DNA of 64,000 bases from an uncultured Thermotogae bacterium (GCA_964582285.1 CAZORQ010000003.1:12559-76558), one strand, 5' to 3'. Positions 42,428 to 52,263 are shown, counted from the first letter of the stretch. Numbers and translations: made by a program. Notes: generated by a model from the letters alone, not told the origin.

Positions 42428-43786
42428 TCAGCTTCCATGCGGTGCCCCATTGGCGGATTCGGTCAGGCACTGTTCCGCATGAGCTGCGGCGGCGATCCCC
42501 GATCGAACCGCCCCCTCGATCGTCGACGGCCATCCGGTTGCCGTCCAGTCGCCAGCAAGGTACAGGCCGCGGATCGGTGTCTTGGACGGGGGGCGGAGTT
42601 GGTCCGCCTCCGGCTGCGGGATGAACGTTGCCTGCGGGTGGCGAACGACGAGCGTTCGCTTGAGTCCAGCCTCTCGTGCGGAGGGGAGAAGCTTGCTGAG
42701 TTCGGCGAGCAGTAATTGCACGATGACGGCGTTCGGGTGCTCTAGCCACTCATCGGCAGCGCTTTGAGAGAAGACGAGATGGGTCACCCCATCTCGCAAA
42801 GGCTCTCTGTGGAGCTGCGTCACATCGAAGAGGGCCTGCACGGGTGAGTTGACCGCGACCACGAATGCATGATCGAGCACTGGCCGATCGAACCAAACGT
42901 GAAGGTTGACAATCGGTGCCCAGCGAATCTGGGCAGCTCGCGCAATCAGGCGGTCGAGTGCCGCGTCCTCCTTCTCGCGCACGAGGCGGGCGAACTCGGC
43001 TGGAGGAACTGCACAGACGGCAGCTGTACACTCGATGGTTTCTCCGGTCACAAGCTGAACCCCGCGGATGCAACCGTCCTCCACGATCAACTGACGCACG
43101 GGTGCAGAAAGGCGAATCGCTCCGCCTCTCTGCTCAATGTAGTCCCGGGCCGCCTCGAAGATCTGCGAAAGCGCCACAGTGAAGAAGCCCATGTTCGCAC
43201 CATCAGCGTGAAAGAATGCGTCACGGAACACCTTGCGTGCAGCGTGCAGGCCGACAGCACTCGTCGGAGCATTCAGCGTGGCGATGGAGATCGGATCCCA
43301 CAGACAGCGAATTGTTGCCTCGGTTTGCCCATGGTTGGCGAGCCAATTACCGAAGGGCGGATCCTTCTCTCCGCCATGCAACGACAGCGTCAGACCGGCT
43401 TGAATCGTGCGAAGCCGATCCGGGAACGAGAGTACCCGATAGCGAAGAAGCGCCGGTGCGAGGTGAAGTATCCCGGGGAGAAGAGACGAGCGGAGAACTG
43501 CCGTGGCATCGGGTGATGCGATCGGGATAGCAAGGCGCGACTGGAATTGCACGGTATCGGGCATACCGATCCGAAGAAGGAAGCCGGTTGCAGCGGTGCA
43601 GCACTGCATCAGCACATGATGCCCGTAGTCGACTGTCTCACCTGCGTCGGCAAGCTGGAACGATGCAGCGCGACCGCCGAGCCGCGGTGCGCGTTCGAGC
43701 AACAACGGGCGACGGCCTTCGCCGGAGAGCCGACAGGCGGCGGCGGCTCCCGAAAACCCGCCACCGATGACGACGACTCCACTCAT
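42428..43786 (-). CDS. hpnE: Hydroxysqualene dehydroxylase HpnE (FAD amine-oxidase fold)
   Basis: MSGVVVIGGGFSGAAAACRL..LLLERAPRLGGRA... Position after hpnC-hpnD. ..LYLAGDWT... Confidence 0.8.
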   Translation of the reverse strand: MSGVVVIGGGFSGAAAACRLSGEGRRPLLLERAPRLGGRAASFQLADAGETVDYGHHVLMQCCTAATGFLLRIGMPDTVQFQSRLAIPIASPDATAVLRSSLLPGILHLAPALLRYRVLSFPDRLRTIQAGLTLSLHGGEKDPPFGNWLANHGQTEATIRCLWDPISIATLNAPTSAVGLHAARKVFRDAFFHADGANMGFFTVALSQIFEAARDYIEQRGGAIRLSAPVRQLIVEDGCIRGVQLVTGETIECTAAVCAVPPAEFARLVREKEDAALDRLIARAAQIRWAPIVNLHVWFDRPVLDHAFVVAVNSPVQALFDVTQLHREPLRDGVTHLVFSQSAADEWLEHPNAVIVQLLLAELSKLLPSAREAGLKRTLVVRHPQATFIPQPEADQLRPPSKTPIRGLYLAGDWTATGWPSTIEGAVRSGIAAAAHAEQCLTESANGAPHGS

Positions 43787-44790
43787 GTGCGTCTCCAGGA
43801 TGAAGACAGCAAGAGCCAGAGCTTCTCACGTGTGGGGAGCGACACGCGACCGCCGAATACGTCGCAATCGCCGGCGATGATTCTAGAGAGGATCCGACTG
43901 TAGATCTCGGACAGCAGCCAAGGACACGCTCGGCTTCGGCGCGGAAGTAGTGCAAGGAGACGGCGGCCCCGGTCGAGCAAGTCGGTTGCTCGGGCGGCAT
44001 GCGCGGCGAGAAGATCGCGCAGTCCGTCGCTCATCCGCCGTTCTTCCATCTGTGTCCTCTCCACACCGTGGCCCGCGAACTCCTCTTCCGGAAGGTAGAT
44101 CCGTCCCAAGGAGAGATCTTCATCGACATCGCGAAGGATGTTGACGTACTGCATCCCGAGACCAAGGTCGATGGCTGCCTCACGCATCGCATTGGTAGGC
44201 GTTGCGGCGTTGGTGAGGATCGGAAGCGTGGCCAGCCCGACGGCGGAGGCGACGTGGTAGCAGTAGGTCCGAAGCTCATCGTAGGTTTGGATATGAGCCG
44301 GGGTTAGGTCCATCTCGACGCCGCTGATGACATCGCGCAAGTCCTCCTCGCGCACGCCGAATCGATGGATCGCATCAGCGAGTGCGAGATCGCGTGGTGT
44401 GGTTGGCTTGCCGCGCCCCGCGCACGCCAGGCGCGCTCGCATTGCCTTCAACTCCGCCCGGCGTCTCTCCAGGTCTGCCGAATCACGACTGCCCGCACTA
44501 GAACCAACATCCTGTACGTCCCCCACCGAGAGAACGGCTGTGCTGTTCTCTCCCCCGAATGTCGTATCGAGAGGATTCGGGCGAACGGCTGTGCTGTTCT
44601 CTCCCGCGGACGAAGGTACTTCTGTGCCTTCGTCCGCGATATCGTCAGCTTCGTGGCAGAACGCATACAGGGCATACACGGCTCGGCGTTGATCCCGGGG
44701 AAGACTGAGAAACGCGAAGTAGAAATTCCGGGCGGCCCGGCGTGCGGTGCGCTCGGACACGCGATAGGAGCGCTCTAGATCTGTCGCCAT
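43783..44790 (-). CDS. hpnD: Presqualene diphosphate synthase HpnD, with a ~45-aa low-complexity insertion
   Basis: ..RAARNFYFAFLSLPRDQRRAVYALYAFCHEADDIADE.., ..YCYHVASAVG.., ..NILRDVDEDLSLGRIYLP... The insertion ..GENSTAVRPNPLDTTFGGENSTAVLSVGDVQDVG.. comes after the first Asp-rich motif. Confidence 0.8.
   Translation of the reverse strand: MATDLERSYRVSERTARRAARNFYFAFLSLPRDQRRAVYALYAFCHEADDIADEGTEVPSSAGENSTAVRPNPLDTTFGGENSTAVLSVGDVQDVGSSAGSRDSADLERRRAELKAMRARLACAGRGKPTTPRDLALADAIHRFGVREEDLRDVISGVEMDLTPAHIQTYDELRTYCYHVASAVGLATLPILTNAATPTNAMREAAIDLGLGMQYVNILRDVDEDLSLGRIYLPEEEFAGHGVERTQMEERRMSDGLRDLLAAHAARATDLLDRGRRLLALLPRRSRACPWLLSEIYSRILSRIIAGDCDVFGGRVSLPTREKLWLLLSSSWRRT
44532..44605. repeat. 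Diverged 51-bp in-frame tandem duplication inside hpnD
   Basis: GAACGGCTGTGCTGTTCTCTCCC occurs at 44532-44554 and 44583-44605. Copy 1 is embedded in an 8-bp-arm palindrome GAGAGAAC-N9-GTTCTCTC. Confidence 0.85.
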
Positions 44791-45674
44791 CGTTTCGAGG
44801 AGAGCGCATAGAGCGCAAGGCCGACCTTCTCGGCGCCGGACAACGACGGCCGTTGGGAGAGCGTGTCGTAGCCCTGCCGTTCGATCTTCCTGAGGATGGC
44901 AAGGCCGCCAAGGGAGAACAGCGAGAGGTCGACTCGGAGACGACCTACCACCCGGTCGAGCAGCGGGAGACCGGCACGGAAGTAGGAGCGGGTCCGGTCG
45001 ACCTGGAAGCGCATCAGATCCTTCAGAGCTGGTGATGCGCGATCCTCGCGCAGCTGCGAACGCGCGAGTCCGTACTCCACCATCTCATCCGCAGGTAGAT
45101 ATACGCGACCAATGGCGGCGTCCCGCTTCACATCCTGCCAGAAGTTTGCGAGTTGGAGGGCCGTGCAGGTAGCGTCGGAGAGAGCGAAACGCTGTTCATC
45201 ACGGTGGCCATTGATCATCAAGACGAGGCGACCGACCGGATTCGCAGAGTGTGCGCAGTAGCGAAGTAGCTCGTCAAATGTGGGGAACGTGTCCGTTCGT
45301 TGGTCGATCCGGTTTGCCTCGATCAGCAGGGCGAACGGCTCGCGCGGAAGATCGAATTGGACGATCGTCTGCTGAAGTGCTACAAGCACAGGATGACGTG
45401 GCTGTGCCGTAAATGCGGCATGGAGCTCCTCCTCAAATCGATCGAGAAGTGCCAATCGGTCGCCGGGGGCCTCGTCGCCGATGTCATCCACGGTACGGCA
45501 GTACGCGTACAGCGCGGCAAGATGACGCCGCATCGCACGTGAGGAAAGCCACGACAAGACGGTGAAATTCTCGTAATGAGAGGTGGCCAGTGCCATGCAG
45601 AACCGATGGGCTTCCTCGATGGAAGCGGGTACCGGAGGCGGGCGGAGCAGAGCGTCCACGTGCGCTGCTACCAT
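44775..45674 (-). CDS. hpnC: Squalene synthase HpnC
   Basis: ..ALATSHYENFTV.., ..LYAYCRTVDDIGDE.., ..YCAHSANPVGRL.., ..NFWQDVKRDAAIGRVYLP... Confidence 0.82.
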   Translation of the reverse strand: MVAAHVDALLRPPPVPASIEEAHRFCMALATSHYENFTVLSWLSSRAMRRHLAALYAYCRTVDDIGDEAPGDRLALLDRFEEELHAAFTAQPRHPVLVALQQTIVQFDLPREPFALLIEANRIDQRTDTFPTFDELLRYCAHSANPVGRLVLMINGHRDEQRFALSDATCTALQLANFWQDVKRDAAIGRVYLPADEMVEYGLARSQLREDRASPALKDLMRFQVDRTRSYFRAGLPLLDRVVGRLRVDLSLFSLGGLAILRKIERQGYDTLSQRPSLSGAEKVGLALYALSSKRWRQI

Positions 45675-46141
45675 CCGTGAGCCTGGATGATGACCTCGCG
45701 AGGCCGAGGACGATCGAGTTCAATCAGGAAGATCCGCTGCCAGCGCCCCAATAGCACAGCACCGTCAGAGATCGGAATCGTCTCGCTGGCGGATAAGAGG
45801 AGGTGTTGGCAGTGTGAGTGACCGTTCGGACACTCATCCTCCGTCATGTTCGCTGTCCGGATGGTGAAGTCATTGTGCCGGTACTCTCCATCCTGTGGGG
45901 CGATCTGTTCGAGGAACTGAGCCATGTCTTCAAGCAAGAGCGGCTCATTCTCGTTGATCTTGATCGCCGCGGTCGTGTGCCGTGAGAAGACAGTCACCGC
46001 TCCCTCGCGGATTCCGGATTCCTCGACGGCGTCGGCAACGTGATCCGTGATGTCGAAGAACTCAGGTGCACAAGATGCTTCATGCCGAATCACGGACCGG
46101 TGGAGCTTCATCGCTACGTGATCTTCCATCGTTGTTCGCAT
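45668..46141 (-). CDS. yjbQ: YjbQ/UPF0047 family protein (secondary thiamine-phosphate synthase-like)
   Basis: ..FFDITDHV.., ..VFSRHTTAAIKINENEP.., ..NGHSHCQHLLLSASETIPI..G..LGRWQRIFLIELD... Confidence 0.75.
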   Translation of the reverse strand: MRTTMEDHVAMKLHRSVIRHEASCAPEFFDITDHVADAVEESGIREGAVTVFSRHTTAAIKINENEPLLLEDMAQFLEQIAPQDGEYRHNDFTIRTANMTEDECPNGHSHCQHLLLSASETIPISDGAVLLGRWQRIFLIELDRPRPREVIIQAHGW

Positions 46142-46162
46142 GTCTCTCTCCTACCCCCGGGT

Positions 46163-47041
46163 CTAGTGGTCGGTTGTCTTTACGGCCTCTTCGTGAGCCT
46201 CTGCGTCTTCCAGCCGTCGAACGACGGCATTGATGACGTTGTCCGGCGTCGATGCCCCAGCGGTGACGCCGAACCGGCTTGTGTCGGCCAGCCAGCTGCT
46301 GTCGATTTCGTCAGCCGATTCAATGTGATACGTGCGGATTCCCGCCTCGCGGCAGGTCTCGGCCAGCTTGCGCGTATTGGCCGATGTGCGGCTTCCCACA
46401 ACGATCAGCGCCTCGACCGAACGTGCCAACTCCTTTGCCGCCTGGTAGCGGCGCCCCGTCTCCGGACAGGTGGTATCGATAATCCGTATCTCCTGTGCTG
46501 TTCCGGTGAACCGCTTGACGAGTGTTTGGGCGAACTCGGCAAACCGTGTCGGATTCTTCGTGGTCTGCGCAATTAACGCGATCCCGCGGTCGCCGATCGG
46601 TATCTCGATATCGGGAGACTGCGTTGCCATGCCGCGGCCGCGCGTCCAGGAAAGAATCCCACGTACTTCGGGATGTTCAGCCTCCCCGTACAAGATGACT
46701 GTGAAGCCTTCCTCGACGAGCTGCGCGGCGGTTTCTTGCGCGCGGCGGACGATCGGACAGGTCGTGTCGACGAGTCGAAGACCGCGGCGCTCGATTTCGG
46801 AGAACACCTCTTCGCCGGCGCCGTGAGCGGTGATCGCCACGGTGCCGTTCTCGGGGACCTCATCAAGGTGGGTAGCCATCTGAGCACCCTTTTCAGCCAA
46901 AGCATCGACGACATGGGCGTTGTGAACGATTGCGCCGAGTGTGTGGAGCGGGCCTCGCTCTGCCAGCTCGGTCTCGATCATCTGAACGGCACGCCGAACC
47001 CCGCCGCAGAAGCCCAGGATACTTGCCTTGTCAATGCTCAT
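46163..47041 (-). CDS. ispH: 4-hydroxy-3-methylbut-2-enyl diphosphate reductase IspH
   Basis: Start moved to ATG 47041 (ATGA overlap with shc). ..GFCGGVRRAV.., ..GAIVHNAHVV.., ..TCPIVRRAQ.., ..DTTCPET... Confidence 0.88.
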   Translation of the reverse strand: MSIDKASILGFCGGVRRAVQMIETELAERGPLHTLGAIVHNAHVVDALAEKGAQMATHLDEVPENGTVAITAHGAGEEVFSEIERRGLRLVDTTCPIVRRAQETAAQLVEEGFTVILYGEAEHPEVRGILSWTRGRGMATQSPDIEIPIGDRGIALIAQTTKNPTRFAEFAQTLVKRFTGTAQEIRIIDTTCPETGRRYQAAKELARSVEALIVVGSRTSANTRKLAETCREAGIRTYHIESADEIDSSWLADTSRFGVTAGASTPDNVINAVVRRLEDAEAHEEAVKTTDH

Positions 47042-48966
47042 TCCAGCTTCTCCAATCCGCGCCTGTAGCGTCCGAGTGCCATGAGCGGGAACACGTCCCG
47101 ATAGATGTGGTAGCGGATCATGAAATCGGTTGGAAATCCGGTCCCGGTGAACTGCGGCTCGTCCCATCCTCCAGTCTTGCGCTGCGTTGCGATGAGGTAG
47201 TCGATGCCTCTGCACGTAGACGGGTGTCCTAGCTGCTCGGCGGCGAGAAGGCCGAGCAAAGCCCACGCTGTCTGCGAAGCCGTAGATGGGCCGCGACCTC
47301 GGCTTTCTGCATCGTAGTATCCCTCGATTCGCTCTCCCCATCCGCCGTCATCGTTTTGATGTTCGACCAGCCAGTTCACTGCACGACGCACGTACGGTGA
47401 GTCCATTCTCTCGCCGACGGCCGCCAGGCCGGGAAGCACGCTGCCGATGCCATACGTGAGATTCGTGCCCCATCGTCCGAACCAGGCGCCATCAGAATCC
47501 TGTTCGCGTTTCAGATAGGTGACGGCTCGGTCGATGGTGCGCTGGCCGATCCGGTATCCGCGTCGACCGAGGCATTCGATGATGTGACCGGTGACGTCAG
47601 CAGAGGGGGGGTCGATCATCTCGCCGAAGTCGGCGAACGGAATGTCTCGAGTCCATGTCTGGGTGTTGTTCCGATCGAACGCGCCCCAACCGCCGTTTCG
47701 GCTCTGCATTGCGATCAGCCAGTCTTCAGCGCGCGCGATCGCATGCTTTGCTCTCTTGGGATTGGCCTTTGCGTTCAGCAACGCCATGATCACCACCGCC
47801 GTGTCGTCGGTGTCGGGGTACTTGTCGTTGGCGAACTCAAATGCCCATCCTCCAGGCGGGGCGGCGCAGCGAGCCTGCCAGTCGCCACCGGTGAAGATCT
47901 GCTCCGCAAGCAACCACTCTGCCGCCCGAGTGACCGCTGGGTGGTCCGAAGGGAGGCCGGCGTCTTCGAGGGCCATCAGGGCAAGACCCGTGTCCCAGAC
48001 GGGAGACAGACACGACTGGAGGTGGAACGTCTCGTCGTCCTCGACGGCGAAACCTTGCGGCCCGTAGAAACCGGCGAAACCGTTGGCGAGCGCGCCTCCG
48101 GAATCGATGTTGTCTCCAAGTAGATACAGCGCTATCAGCGAATACACCCAGGGTGGCTGGATCCCCCCCCATGACCCATCTGCCTCCTGTCGATCGAGGA
48201 TCCATTGCTTGGCACGACGGATGGCGCCGGCGCGGAACGGCTTCCATCGCATCCGATCGTACACGTGCAAGAGGCGATCGGCGATGAGGAAACACCGAGC
48301 TCTGGCACTCCGTCGCGTTACGGGAACTGCGAGATCTGCGTTCTCCCGGCCGCGAGCGAACAGCTCATCGATTTGCTGCTCACGCCGAAGCGGAACGACG
48401 GGCTTGTACGCCATGACAATGGCCAGCGGGACGATCGTCTGTCGTGCCCAGCAGCCAAACGAGTAGATGCTCATCGGGAACCACGACGGCAGGGCTGTGA
48501 ATTCGACGGGGAGGATAGGCAGCCCGCGCCAGTCCCACTCGCCGAGCATCGCGAACCAGATCTTGGTGAACACGCGGACTCGCTCGACGCCCCCTTGGGA
48601 CAGGATGTAGTCGCGTGCCTTCATCATCTCGGGGGCATCGGGCGAGATGCCGATCATCTTGAGTGCAGCGTACGCTTCGATCGATGTTGACAGCTCGGGT
48701 GGCCCATCGTACCAGTTGCCCCATGTCCCATCGTCACGCTGCTGCGAGAGAAGATATCTGCCGGCTTTGCGGGCCTCGGCTTCGTCGGGAATACCGAGAA
48801 TGTGGCGAAGGAAGATATGCTCGGCAGTGATCGTGACGTTGGATTCCAGCTCAGCCCACCAGTACCCGGACTCGTATTGAAGCGACAGGAGATGATCCGT
48901 CGCTGTGCCAATCGAGGCATCGATGTGGCTCATTGCAGCTGAAGGTTGCGTCACCGAGCTACGCAT
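47038..48966 (-). CDS. shc: Squalene-hopene cyclase
   Basis: ..LQYESGYWWAELESNVTITAEHIF.., catalytic ..YPDTDDTAVV.., repeated QW-type motifs (..DGSWGG.., ..NGGWGAF.., ..DGGWGE.., ..TGGW..). Confidence 0.92.
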   Translation of the reverse strand: MRSSVTQPSAAMSHIDASIGTATDHLLSLQYESGYWWAELESNVTITAEHIFLRHILGIPDEAEARKAGRYLLSQQRDDGTWGNWYDGPPELSTSIEAYAALKMIGISPDAPEMMKARDYILSQGGVERVRVFTKIWFAMLGEWDWRGLPILPVEFTALPSWFPMSIYSFGCWARQTIVPLAIVMAYKPVVPLRREQQIDELFARGRENADLAVPVTRRSARARCFLIADRLLHVYDRMRWKPFRAGAIRRAKQWILDRQEADGSWGGIQPPWVYSLIALYLLGDNIDSGGALANGFAGFYGPQGFAVEDDETFHLQSCLSPVWDTGLALMALEDAGLPSDHPAVTRAAEWLLAEQIFTGGDWQARCAAPPGGWAFEFANDKYPDTDDTAVVIMALLNAKANPKRAKHAIARAEDWLIAMQSRNGGWGAFDRNNTQTWTRDIPFADFGEMIDPPSADVTGHIIECLGRRGYRIGQRTIDRAVTYLKREQDSDGAWFGRWGTNLTYGIGSVLPGLAAVGERMDSPYVRRAVNWLVEHQNDDGGWGERIEGYYDAESRGRGPSTASQTAWALLGLLAAEQLGHPSTCRGIDYLIATQRKTGGWDEPQFTGTGFPTDFMIRYHIYRDVFPLMALGRYRRGLEKLE

Positions 48967-49603
48967 TGGACCTCCCTAGCAGCGCAGCAATTGCTTTGTC
49001 GATTGCCTCACCGAGTGCCCGCCCCGAAGCGATTGCGTCGTGAGTCACACGTGCTGCAAGGATGGGGTGGGAGACGGCAGAGAGCCAAAACGGACGATTG
49101 GCGGCAAATGGCAAGTCCTCCTCGACTGGGTCGAGTACGATCCTCAGCGTCAGAAACGGGATCTCGCGATCCGCTGCCCAGCGGGCGAGTGGCCCGCTCT
49201 CCATGTCAGTCACCAGCGCTCCACGGGCAGCAAGTGCACGCTTCTCGCTCGAGGAGAGAACGTGGTCGACGGACTCGCACAGACCGAGATGCACATCGCC
49301 GGATCCGCTGTTCAGTGTTCGGTGCACTTGTTCGAGAATTTCGGGGGAAACCCGGATCTCCTCATCATTGTGGCGGATGGCCGTCGCAAGGAACAGGGTC
49401 CCCTTCTCAATGTCTGGGTGGATACCTCCGCAGAACCCTGTTGAGAGGAGGAGGGATACGTTGGATGACGCACTGCCCAGCTCATCCATTGTCTGGCGTG
49501 CTTGCTCGCCGATCGCCGTATGGACAACACGAACTCCCGGCTGTCGGGAGATCCATCGCGATTCGACTGAGAAGCACGCCGTGATGAGAATCATCGACCC
49601 CAT
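48959..49603 (-). CDS. hpnG: Hopanoid-associated phosphorylase/nucleosidase HpnG (PNP/UDP-1 fold)
   Basis: ..LLLSTGFCGG.., ..ALVTDMESGPLA... Position between hpnH and shc. Confidence 0.65.
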   Translation of the reverse strand: MGSMILITACFSVESRWISRQPGVRVVHTAIGEQARQTMDELGSASSNVSLLLSTGFCGGIHPDIEKGTLFLATAIRHNDEEIRVSPEILEQVHRTLNSGSGDVHLGLCESVDHVLSSSEKRALAARGALVTDMESGPLARWAADREIPFLTLRIVLDPVEEDLPFAANRPFWLSAVSHPILAARVTHDAIASGRALGEAIDKAIAALLGRSNA

Positions 49604-50595
49604 GCCCCCCGAGCCAGTCGCGCCAGCGCCTTCGGTTTCCGAAGTGCATCGAGGATGCTGGCCCCCTCAAATGCCGAATGCATCATGCAGTTCGCGCATC
49701 GCGCATCGCGTCCCGGCCCGTAGCGTTCCCACACATCATCGGTGAACAACTCGTCGATGTCGTGAACGTGCTGATCAGCGATGGCATAACAGGGGAGCCT
49801 CCATCCGAGGACTGTGTATGTGGCGGTGGTCCAGGCGGCGCAATCGTAGTCGCGCTCCCCGCGGAGGAAATCGAGATAGAGTGGGTTGTTGTAGAACGGG
49901 AAGCCCGTGGAGGGATCGAGGACCTGCCGGAACACGGAGATCGACTCCTGGCGACGAAGAAACAGATCCTGATCGGGAGCATCCTCATAGGAGTATCCCG
50001 GCGAAACCATCAAACCCTCCACCCCAAGATCGACCAACGTGGCGAACAGGGTGTGAAGGTCGCCGATATCGGAGCCGTGAAATAGCGTGGTGTTGGTGCA
50101 GACGCGATGCCCACGGGCAACCGCCTCGCGGATTGCATCGATGGCCGTGGCATAGGTCCCGGGTCGCTCCGTGATCTTGTCGTGGGCTGATTCCGTTCCG
50201 TCGAGATGGACGACGAACGCCAGGCGCACCGATGGGGTAAACAGGTCGAGCTTCTCCCTCAGCAGTAGCCCGTTGGTGCACAGGTAGATGAAGCGGCGAT
50301 CCTCGGTAATCGCTCGAGCGATCTCGCCGATCTGATTGTGAAGAAGTGGCTCTCCGCCGGAAAGCGAGACGATTGGCGCGTCGGACGCCTGCACGGCCGC
50401 CAGGCATTCGTCGACGGTCAATCGTTGATCCATAACGTCACGGTATTCACGAACACGACCGCATCCGGTGCACGCAAGATTACATGCCTCGAGCGGCTCG
50501 AGCATCGTGACGAGAGGGAAACGCCCGCCCCGCCATGCGGTGCGCCCGATCAGGTGCCGAGCGACGGAAAGGTCAAGTTGAAACGGACGGCTCAT
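49591..50595 (-). CDS. hpnH: Adenosyl-hopene transferase HpnH (radical SAM)
   Basis: ..LEPLEACNLACTGCGRVREY.., ..SLSGGEPLL.., ..LCTNGLLL... C-terminal ..CANCMMHS... Confidence 0.82.
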   Translation of the reverse strand: MSRPFQLDLSVARHLIGRTAWRGGRFPLVTMLEPLEACNLACTGCGRVREYRDVMDQRLTVDECLAAVQASDAPIVSLSGGEPLLHNQIGEIARAITEDRRFIYLCTNGLLLREKLDLFTPSVRLAFVVHLDGTESAHDKITERPGTYATAIDAIREAVARGHRVCTNTTLFHGSDIGDLHTLFATLVDLGVEGLMVSPGYSYEDAPDQDLFLRRQESISVFRQVLDPSTGFPFYNNPLYLDFLRGERDYDCAAWTTATYTVLGWRLPCYAIADQHVHDIDELFTDDVWERYGPGRDARCANCMMHSAFEGASILDALRKPKALARLARGAWGR

Positions 50596-51581
50596 GTCTC
50601 CCTCCTCGCGAGGAACTCAATCAGTTCCTGCATCTGAGACTGCCCGTTCGCGGAGAACGGGAGTCCCCTGAGTGCATCGATCGCTTTGCCTAGGTTGTCG
50701 TGGACCATCGCCTCGCACCGAGTGCGCACGTCAAGTTCATCGAGACGCTCCACAATCCAGCGGACATCGCTCTCACGCATTCCTGTGTCCGACAGTGCAT
50801 CCCCGCTGTAGAGCGTAGCTACGCGGGCATCCTCTTGCTGGAGAAGCAGAAGCACGGGAAGCGTCTTCTTTCGTCTCCGGATATCGGATCCGGTGGCTTT
50901 CCCGAGCATGTCTTCGCTGCCCCAAATGCCGAGGAGATCATCCTTGATCTGGAACGCACGTCCCACAGCCCGCCCCAGCTCGACAAGTGTCGAGCGCACC
51001 TTCTCGTCAGCTCCGGCAGCCAAGCCCCCCAGTTCGAACGCGCAACGGAGGAGCGCTCCGGTCTTCCGATCGATCATCTCCAGATACTCGTCCACAGAGA
51101 CGTTGCGCTGTTCGAACGCCACATCGAGGCACTGCCCTTCGATCATCTCTCGGGTTGCATCGAGGAGGCAGATCGCTTCCGCAGCCGAGGATGCGAGGAC
51201 TTCTGAGATTGCGAGATTATGCATAAGATCGCCGGCGTTGATGGCTTGCTCGATGCCGCAGACTGTCCACACGGCCGGTCGGCCTCGGCGGACGTGGTCA
51301 CGATCTTGAATGTCGTCGTGAATGAGAGAGAAGCTGTGGATCAGCTCAAGAGCGACGGCGCCGGGGAGGGCGTCCTCTATGCCCGCTCCAAGCTGCTCGG
51401 CGACGAACAGGACAACGCTTGGGCGGAGGAACTTCCCGGTTGCGCATGCAGGCATGCCATTCTCATCCTCCAGCCCTATGTGGTATCGAAGAAGTGAGGC
51501 CATCGCCCCATCTCCGTGCAGGGCAGCGCGAACCCCTCCTTCAATCTGCGATCGATACGTCTCAAGAATCGCCTGTTTCAC
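50592..51581 (-). CDS. Polyprenyl diphosphate synthase family protein (FPP/GGPP synthase-like)
   Basis: First Asp-rich motif ..SLIHDDIQDRDHVRRGRP... The second reads ..FQIKDDLLGIWG.. (DDxxG rather than DDxxD). Confidence 0.82.
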   Translation of the reverse strand: MKQAILETYRSQIEGGVRAALHGDGAMASLLRYHIGLEDENGMPACATGKFLRPSVVLFVAEQLGAGIEDALPGAVALELIHSFSLIHDDIQDRDHVRRGRPAVWTVCGIEQAINAGDLMHNLAISEVLASSAAEAICLLDATREMIEGQCLDVAFEQRNVSVDEYLEMIDRKTGALLRCAFELGGLAAGADEKVRSTLVELGRAVGRAFQIKDDLLGIWGSEDMLGKATGSDIRRRKKTLPVLLLLQQEDARVATLYSGDALSDTGMRESDVRWIVERLDELDVRTRCEAMVHDNLGKAIDALRGLPFSANGQSQMQELIEFLARRET

Positions 51582-51596
51582 GCAGTCTCCCCTCTG

Positions 51597-52199
51597 TCAA
51601 ACGGGCCACCGTAGAAGTCCCTGCTCCTCGGCGAACGAGACAAGCTCCATTGCGCTTCGAGCTCCCAGCTTCCTCATCAAGCGGGCACGATGACTGCGGA
51701 CAGTGTGGATGCTCCGGCTGATGATGTCTGCGATCTCTTGGTTTCGTTTCCCTTCCGCAATCAGCTGGAGAATCTCTTGCTCTCGTGCCGTGAGAACATC
51801 CTCGTCTTCCGGCTCGTCCAGCGCGATACACTGCTCACCAGCGGCAACTCGTCGGATGATCTCGATCAATCGGTCCGGCGTCTCATCCTTCGTGACATAG
51901 CCACGCGCCCCGGCGCGTCGCGCGATGCGGGCAAGATGAGCATCGGAGTGCATCGTAAGAATCACGACCGACGTCTCGGCGGAAAGCTTCGTGATCCGCC
52001 GTGTCGCCTCGATGCCATCGAGAAGCGGCATCGAGACATCAACGAGCGCGATGTCGGGGCGATGCTCTCGCACATCCCGAAGCAACGCACGGCCATCGCC
52101 GGCTTCCGATACCACATCGATACCATGAGCACAGAGCAACATACGTATGCATGTGCGCACGAGATCATGATCGTCAGCCAGGACCACCCGGATGGCCAT
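51597..52199 (-). CDS. Response regulator, NarL/LuxR type (REC + HTH)
   Basis: MAIRVVLADDHDLVR.., acceptor ..IALVDVSMP.., ..LTAREQEILQLIAEGKRNQEIADIISRSIHTVRSHR... Its stop is 15 nt upstream of the polyprenyl synthase start. Confidence 0.88.
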   Translation of the reverse strand: MAIRVVLADDHDLVRTCIRMLLCAHGIDVVSEAGDGRALLRDVREHRPDIALVDVSMPLLDGIEATRRITKLSAETSVVILTMHSDAHLARIARRAGARGYVTKDETPDRLIEIIRRVAAGEQCIALDEPEDEDVLTAREQEILQLIAEGKRNQEIADIISRSIHTVRSHRARLMRKLGARSAMELVSFAEEQGLLRWPV

Positions 52200-52263
52200 T
52201 GCGAACCCATTTTACGGATGCGACAAGGCAAGGGAAATGGGGGAGTGTGCTAATTGGATTCAA

